In this document: piece after piece, positions 58,335 through 64,000 of the stretch
How positions within the stretch are numbered: position 1 is the stretch's first letter
How the letters are laid out: every line of letters starts with the position of its first letter
Assembly: GCA_965116885.1 (NCBI GenBank)
Contig: OZ220741.1
Coordinates: 3,584,001 to 3,648,000, forward strand
Reading direction: 5' to 3'
Source: Candidatus Latescibacterota bacterium
GTDB taxonomy: Bacteria; Latescibacterota; UBA2968
DNA length: 64,000 nt
Translations under genes and position numbers: made by a program
The notes under the pieces: model-generated
What the model was told of the DNA's origin: nothing
Database searches by the model: none
What the model saw: the letters and a program-made list of their open reading frames with translations, nothing else

Positions 58335-58715
58335 CTAACAAATGCCTCTAGCACCCTCACCAAGTATCGCCGCCATCATGCCTTCCAGCACATACGGCAT
58401 CCCAAAACTGAACCGCACATCATCCGCGTCATTCGCAAACGCATACACAAACGACTGTCCATCCACCGCATCATTACCCAACCAGCGCCACGTCACCCCA
58501 CCGTCTTCACTCCTCCCAGGACCACGCGTGCCAATCACATTGCTGCCGGTAAAGTGAAACCGCACGGTTCGGCCTGCTGCGCCACGCACCCGAAAATACC
58601 AGTAGAACCAGTCGCGGTCCGTATCGCGCAGATCCTGCCGAACAAACACATCATCACCATCAATTCGCTCAGCGATGATATTCCCACCCGGAAAATCACA
58701 ATCTATCATAATCAT
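58335..58715 (-). pseudogene. N-terminal fragment of an M14 zinc-carboxypeptidase-type protein
   Basis: DCDFPGGNI, WFYWYFRV, ending at GMPY; the catalytic domain (HxxE) is absent. Confidence 0.65.
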
Positions 58716-58778
58716 TGAACACGCTTCTTTATGATGTCGATTTGCATTTACTCCTCCACTATCCATTGGAGCGGTAAT

Positions 58779-59294
58779 CTAGATAGACAATGGGCGACGG
58801 AGCCGGATTTGGCGTCCGTTGTCTCGAACACCGCCATCACGTTTCCACCCCATCGCCTCGTAGAAGGCGATCCCGCGTTCATAACCCTTAACAGTCCAAA
58901 CTATCGCTTCATTATAACCGTCGGCAACGAGATGACGAAACGCGAGCGAGGCCAACGCCTTGCCGATGCCGATGCGCCAATACGAGGGGTCAATGGCGAT
59001 GGTATCGAGTTCCCCTAATGTGGCGTCAACGGGATCGCGGCTGGGACCGATGCCGACAAAACCGACAACCTTACCCGTATGCTCTGCGACCCACCACCGG
59101 TGCGGGGCAGACTTGGCAAGATCGCCGCGCCAACGCTCAACAAGTTCTGATGTGACGATGCGATTGGACTGCTCGATGAGTTCACCGAATCCTGCATTCC
59201 ACGAATCGATATATATACGTGTGACGACTTCGGCGTCCACCGCAGCGGCCGATCGGATCGTTGGCCAAGGTTTTCGTGGATGTGCGTGTTCCAA
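58779..59294 (-). CDS. GNAT N-acetyltransferase
   Basis: VVGFV, GELDTIAIDPSYWRIGIG, FYEAMGW. Confidence 0.9.
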   Translation of the reverse strand: MEHAHPRKPWPTIRSAAAVDAEVVTRIYIDSWNAGFGELIEQSNRIVTSELVERWRGDLAKSAPHRWWVAEHTGKVVGFVGIGPSRDPVDATLGELDTIAIDPSYWRIGIGKALASLAFRHLVADGYNEAIVWTVKGYERGIAFYEAMGWKRDGGVRDNGRQIRLRRPLSI

Positions 59295-59312
59295 CTCGCC
59301 TATTCCTATGTC

Positions 59313-59355
59313 ACATAACGTTTCATTACTCCCGAACCACGAAGCGGTTGGGGGA
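59313..59355 (-). other. attC/attI-like site related to 46851-46906
   Basis: acataac-gtttcatta-ctcccgaaccacgaagcggttggggga; GTTATGT core about 18 bp upstream of the GNAT start. Confidence 0.5.
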
Positions 59356-59714
59356 CGGCGAGCATCGGATTGGCTGATTCTCGCCTTTCAATCTATGCCT
59401 TCGATTGCAGAGATCCATAATTTCCGGCTGATCAGGCAGCGGGCCTGTTTCGTCTCTATATCTGGGATAGCGTGGTTCCATTGGCAACCGTCTTGTTGTG
59501 TGCTGTGCCAGCCTGGGGTGGGGAGCGGACGAACAACACTTGCAGAAATCCCGCCAGATAGGTCGTCTAGCGGGAACCGAAAAAATTTGCCGCGTCTATG
59601 ATCGCCACAGCCTCAGAAGAGATTTTTCAGGTTGGTCGATTTGGTGAAAAAGTGGCACCTACATCAAATTACAATCGGGGCGGGAATAGAGCAGGCGACA
59701 TCAGCATGTTTTTT

Positions 59715-62252
59715 TTATTCATTCCGCAAGGCATCTACAGGATTTGATCGAGCTGCCTTCATTGTCTGGAAACTCACTGTGATCATGGCAATAAGGAAAG
59801 CCAAGATACCACTTAACATAAAGAACTCAAATCCAAGATCTACCCGATACGCATAATTCTGAAGCCACTGCCACAGGGCATAGTAGCCAATCGGCCAGGC
59901 CAAGAGATTTGCAAGTGCGACCAACTTTGCAAAATCACTGGATAGCGACATAACAATATTGGATACAGACGCTCCCAATACCTTGCGAATGCCGATTTCT
60001 TTTGTACGGTATTGCGCACTCAATGTGGCCAACCCAAGTAACCCCAAGCAGGCAATCAAAATACCAAGGGTTGAAAAGAAACCAAAAATATAGCTCAGTT
60101 TTCTTTCATTTTTATAGATTCGATCCAAATTCTCATCAAGAAAAGAAAATGTGAATGGACGATTGGGTATATACCTTTCCCAGACTTTTTGTACAAATGC
60201 CAGTGTTTGAGATAAATCTTCAGATTTGACCTCTAGGTATAGTAGCCTTGCCTCATGAAATTCTGCAACCAATACGAGTCGTCCGATTTTTTCGTCAAGA
60301 GGTTTGTAATGAAAATCTTTGACAACACCGACGACTGTGCCGGAGCGTAGTCCATCTGGGTAGAACGTGCCTCCAACCTTCCAAGCAAATCGTTTCCCTA
60401 TTGGATTTGTCCAACCCAATTGCTCAACCGCTGTTTCATTCAAGATAAACTGCTCGTCTAATTTTTCCCTCAGTCTTTGCGGGTTTGTTGTTTCGGCATA
60501 TGATCGCGTGAAATTCCGGCCTGATACGCATTTAATGCCATAGAAATCTAGAAAATCCTCATCCACGATTATCACATCCATACTGTACGTGGATTTTCCT
60601 TCGGGATGGAATGTCTCTACTGTTGCTCCTTCTCCAACAGGGCCACGGGTGGTTGTTGCTCTGAGAATATTGGGATGCGTCGTGAATGCCTGCTTGATGG
60701 CGTTGTATTGGCTCTTGAAAAGCGTGGGATTGATCATCTGGTTGCTATTCGCTGCCTCAAAAATTGGAACTTCAATAATCTGCTCGCGGTCGAATCCCAA
60801 ATTTTTATTTCGAAGAAATTTCTGTTGACTGTAAACACCCCAAGTGACAACCATCAATAAAATGGCAAGAGCAAATTGTCCTACAACCAAACTCTTGCGA
60901 AGCCGAGTAGAGACGTTTGTAGCGGATTTACCTCTCAACATTGAAACAGGGCGAAATGTCGATAAGACAAATGCCGGATAACTCCCTGCCAGAATACCGA
61001 CGATGAATATAAGACCGAAAAGGCTGAGCAATAACTGGGTTGTGTTGACATTGAGTGTAATAGCGCAATCAAAAAACGAATTGAAAGTTGGCAATGCCAA
61101 TTCTACCAACACCAAAGCCAAGATAAGCGCCATACAAGCAAAAAATATAGATTCGCCCAAAAATTGTGTGATGAGCTGCAATCGGTTTGCACCGACAACC
61201 TTACGAAGCCCGACCTCTCGCCTCCGCCCAATTGCACGAGCAGTTGTTAGGTTTATAAAATTCACACAGGCAATTACTAAAATAAAAATAGCAAGCAAAG
61301 AAAACAAATACACATTTTGAATGTCACCATGAGGTTTACTGGTCTCTGGAGTACCACGATTCTCAATTTTGATGCCATAATCATGATTGGAGTATAGATG
61401 GATGCGGTTTAGGGGCTGCAAATGATATTGAATGTTATTTGCAACTGCTTCGCCCATGTATTTCGGAATCAGATCTGAAAGTTTGCCTTCAAGTTGATTC
61501 GCATCATAACCTTCTTTAAGCAAAATATAGCTTTCTACAGGACGCCCCCCTCTCGGTTTCCAAGCCATCCATTTTTCTTCCCATCGCCCATTTTTAGTCG
61601 CCGATAAAATATCGAACCGAATGGCCGTCTGCTCAGGCATATTTTTTAAGACGCCTGTAACGTGATGCGCATAATCTTTGTCGTCTTCCTCGATCAGAAT
61701 GGTTTTGCCAATCGGATTTTCAGTGCCAAACAGTTTGTGTGCAAGTCTTTGAGTGATTAAAACGGAACCTGGTTCTGAGAGAACCGTTTCGGGATCGCCT
61801 TGAATCAGTGGAAAGTCAAAAACCTGTAGAACATTCTCGTCTGTAAGGCAAAAGGCTTGTTTGTATATTCTCTTATTGTCAGCAATTATTGTTCTTTGCC
61901 AGCGATGGATACGCAAAGCCTCAGAAATTTCAGGATATACATCCTGATTCAAGACTTCTACGAGACCTCCTAATGTGCGCTCACTAAAAGCTGCTTGGTC
62001 AACTGTTTTAGTCTCTCGAATCACCCTGTAAATTTGATCTCGATTCCTTTGGTGCTGATCAAAACCTAATTCATAGTCGATATAGAGGCCTATCAGGATA
62101 CAACAAGCCAAACCAATGGCTAATCCGATAATGTTCAGAGCTGAGTAGAAACGATGGTTTATCAGGTTTCTCAGCATTATTTTGAGATAATTTTTCAGCA
62201 TGTGTCTGCCCCCAAAGAAGTGATTTCGGTTATTGGCAATTTCAGTTCTCAT
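59715..62252 (-). CDS. ABC transporter permease (MacB/FtsX, duplicated)
   Basis: MLKNYLKI, IACVNFINL, REVGLRKVVGA, LGFDREQ, RTKEIGIRKVLGA, NPVDALR; start at 62252 (RBS) or 62201. Confidence 0.92.
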   Translation of the reverse strand: MRTEIANNRNHFFGGRHMLKNYLKIMLRNLINHRFYSALNIIGLAIGLACCILIGLYIDYELGFDQHQRNRDQIYRVIRETKTVDQAAFSERTLGGLVEVLNQDVYPEISEALRIHRWQRTIIADNKRIYKQAFCLTDENVLQVFDFPLIQGDPETVLSEPGSVLITQRLAHKLFGTENPIGKTILIEEDDKDYAHHVTGVLKNMPEQTAIRFDILSATKNGRWEEKWMAWKPRGGRPVESYILLKEGYDANQLEGKLSDLIPKYMGEAVANNIQYHLQPLNRIHLYSNHDYGIKIENRGTPETSKPHGDIQNVYLFSLLAIFILVIACVNFINLTTARAIGRRREVGLRKVVGANRLQLITQFLGESIFFACMALILALVLVELALPTFNSFFDCAITLNVNTTQLLLSLFGLIFIVGILAGSYPAFVLSTFRPVSMLRGKSATNVSTRLRKSLVVGQFALAILLMVVTWGVYSQQKFLRNKNLGFDREQIIEVPIFEAANSNQMINPTLFKSQYNAIKQAFTTHPNILRATTTRGPVGEGATVETFHPEGKSTYSMDVIIVDEDFLDFYGIKCVSGRNFTRSYAETTNPQRLREKLDEQFILNETAVEQLGWTNPIGKRFAWKVGGTFYPDGLRSGTVVGVVKDFHYKPLDEKIGRLVLVAEFHEARLLYLEVKSEDLSQTLAFVQKVWERYIPNRPFTFSFLDENLDRIYKNERKLSYIFGFFSTLGILIACLGLLGLATLSAQYRTKEIGIRKVLGASVSNIVMSLSSDFAKLVALANLLAWPIGYYALWQWLQNYAYRVDLGFEFFMLSGILAFLIAMITVSFQTMKAARSNPVDALRNE

Positions 62253-62496
62253 GAAATCAACTCCTTCAAATTTGAAGACCAGACGGGCAGTTTCCGCTAA
62301 CGGTGGGTGTGCCCGACGTGTCTGCATATGAGAAAAAATATCAAGTCTTTTCACAATCAGCCCACCATTCAGAAGCAGCTATGTTGGGGAGTAGGGTACG
62401 GAAGGGTTCGGGCACACATTGTTACACGTCTGGCGGCCCCATCGCGCCTATCACGGGCAGACATGCAGTGCGCACCATCAGGCTTCTGATTCTACA

Positions 62497-62730
62497 TTAC
62501 CGGCCTGAATCTGGTTTCAGGTCTGCGTTCCCGTAAATCGTGGGAGCGCCCAGATTTCGTATCGCGTCAAGACTCTCGACCGGGCGGGGTCCGTTCAGCA
62601 CCAAGTCGCCAGCGACCACCAGACGATCATAGGGTTGGCTTTGCAGATCCTCAATAACAGCGTTGAGTGCAGAGACGTTGCCGTGAATATCTGCAATTAT
62701 CGCAACTGAATATGACAGGGAATCATTCAT
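62497..62730 (-). pseudogene. N-terminal fragment of a metallophosphoesterase
   Basis: ADIHGN, GDLV..GP, GNAD, then a stop; C-terminal HG/GHTH motifs missing. Confidence 0.75.
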
Positions 62731-62779
62731 TATCAGGCCAATGGATGCCTTCACCTCGACCACGGCGTGTTGGTTTTCT

Positions 62780-63775
62780 CTATAGAAGTGATCTGATCTC
62801 ATCCACCGATAGCGGTAGTCTCCGAATCTGCCCTTCGAAGTCAAAGCGTGAGCGCACGGCGTCTCTCACCGTTCCTGGTTTCTCAATATAGTGCGATAGC
62901 TGATCAGCATAGTAGGCCGCCCAGACGACGCCAAATGTTTCCCGGTCTCCGACTGAGAGTGGTCGCTCAGAAAGATAGCCTCGTAGGAAATCCAGCATCT
63001 CTTTCTCCAATAGAGATCGTCCCCCAGTCAGATCATTCATTAGCCATCTGTGTTGGACCATTACAAGATCTACAGTAGCTGGCGCAAAAGAGTTGCAGAG
63101 ATCGGTGAAACCGACTTTCTCTCCATCCGTGTGGACGTTGGGACCCCAGACATCTCCATGCGTTGTCATCCACTGCACTGATGTTCGTATTAGGTACTCG
63201 TAGGTGGTTTGCAACTCGGTCTGAAGGGTCTTGATGGCGTTGCGAAGATCGCCAGGAAGAGAACGGGAAAGCGCTCGCCGAAGTCTGGCCTCTACAAAGC
63301 CAGTGAGATCTTTCTTTCGCATCCTGGATTTTTCGAACTTCTCCGATGCCAGATGAATCTTAGCAAGTCCACGTCCCACCGCACCCAATCGGTGGAGATG
63401 ACGAGAGTTGCAAGGTTCCCCACCGAGATCAGTTTCCACGGAGAGCACAACAGCATCTCCGATCATGATACACAAATCTCCGGAGAGAGTGGGGACAATC
63501 TGGGGGACAGGGGCATCATTTGTTGATAGATGATTGAGGAACTCGACAACTTCCTCCGGACAGAACTGACCCCGTGCCCAGTTCAATCGTGCGAAGAACG
63601 TCGCTCCATTCTTCTCAAATGAGAAAAGGCGCTCCGTGCCTGGTACCGGTATGAGAGAACCATCGAACTGCCAGGCTGACCGAAGGGCCTCCTGAATTTT
63701 TTCCTTTGGTGGAATCTGATCCACTAACTGCTCCTCCGATACATGGTTCTCAACAGCGCTTTCGAAGACCAACAT
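62780..63775 (-). CDS. APH/homoserine-kinase-II-like phosphotransferase
   Basis: PVPQIVP, LAKIH, HGDVWGPNV, FTDL. Confidence 0.78.
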   Translation of the reverse strand: MLVFESAVENHVSEEQLVDQIPPKEKIQEALRSAWQFDGSLIPVPGTERLFSFEKNGATFFARLNWARGQFCPEEVVEFLNHLSTNDAPVPQIVPTLSGDLCIMIGDAVVLSVETDLGGEPCNSRHLHRLGAVGRGLAKIHLASEKFEKSRMRKKDLTGFVEARLRRALSRSLPGDLRNAIKTLQTELQTTYEYLIRTSVQWMTTHGDVWGPNVHTDGEKVGFTDLCNSFAPATVDLVMVQHRWLMNDLTGGRSLLEKEMLDFLRGYLSERPLSVGDRETFGVVWAAYYADQLSHYIEKPGTVRDAVRSRFDFEGQIRRLPLSVDEIRSLL

Positions 63776-63778
63776 GAC

Positions 63779-63823
63779 GTATAACTACGTTTATTGAGTG
63801 ACCCTCGTTTCCAATGGTTATGA
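63779..63823 (-). other. Short attC-like site between two genes
   Basis: Minus strand TCATAAC (contains the TAA stop of the upstream ORF)...GTTATAC, then ATG after 3 nt; 45 bp. Confidence 0.55.
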
Positions 63824-64000
63824 CCCGCTACCAAACACTGCATTCTGCCCGCCAATCGACATAATTCCGATCTCTATCTCCGTTCGATGAGCATAGAACC
63901 AATCCAGGAGTTCCAAACTGGCAGTTTCTCCTTTTATCTCCTCAAGTTCTGGGAGGCAGCGCGCAAGCATTACATACAGCAGATGGTCTTTCTCCAACGG
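63818..64000 (-). CDS. 3' end of a hypothetical protein entering from the window edge
   Basis: Open frame PLEKDHLLYVML...VFGSGS*, with the stop inside the inverse core site. Confidence 0.5.
   Translation of the reverse strand, partial: PLEKDHLLYVMLARCLPELEEIKGETASLELLDWFYAHRTEIEIGIMSIGGQNAVFGSGS

Noticed and set aside
1..64000. CRISPR array, tRNA/rRNA, prophage or integrase
   Set aside because: No regularly spaced repeats, RNA-gene signatures, phage genes or recombinase motifs were recognised by eye.

Overview
Accessory bacterial region holding about 55 CDS and pseudogenes, all but three on the minus strand. I found no core housekeeping operon, rRNA, tRNA, CRISPR array, transposase or integrase. 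The left ~33 kb is carbohydrate/sulfate-catabolic: a BNR-4 propeller, rhaM, two unusual lyase fusions (PL38/alginate-lyase-type + PhyH dioxygenase; PL4 rhamnogalacturonan lyase + an uncharacterised 'SENH' domain that also occurs as a stand-alone paralog), sulfatases, twin DUF3604-like metallohydrolases, a DegT aminotransferase, and GH50-like and sialidase-like proteins. The right ~31 kb is a mosaic of unrelated single genes typical of cassette arrays (HAD, NUDIX, GNAT, APH-like kinases, Ham1, methyltransferase, HigBA, a solo trpD), with abrupt composition shifts, several truncated or nonsense pseudogenes and several integron attC/attI-like GTTRRRY-core sites. The most striking feature is at 42352-44427. 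Diverged copies of only the 5' and 3' ends of trpD and of the Ham1 gene, both intact elsewhere in the window, enclose two completely different genes, as if the gene bodies had been overwritten inside retained 'shells'. A recurring 17-18 bp motif (the Ham1 start, MKKIL) marks the junctions. All functional calls come from motif recognition by eye; no searches were run.
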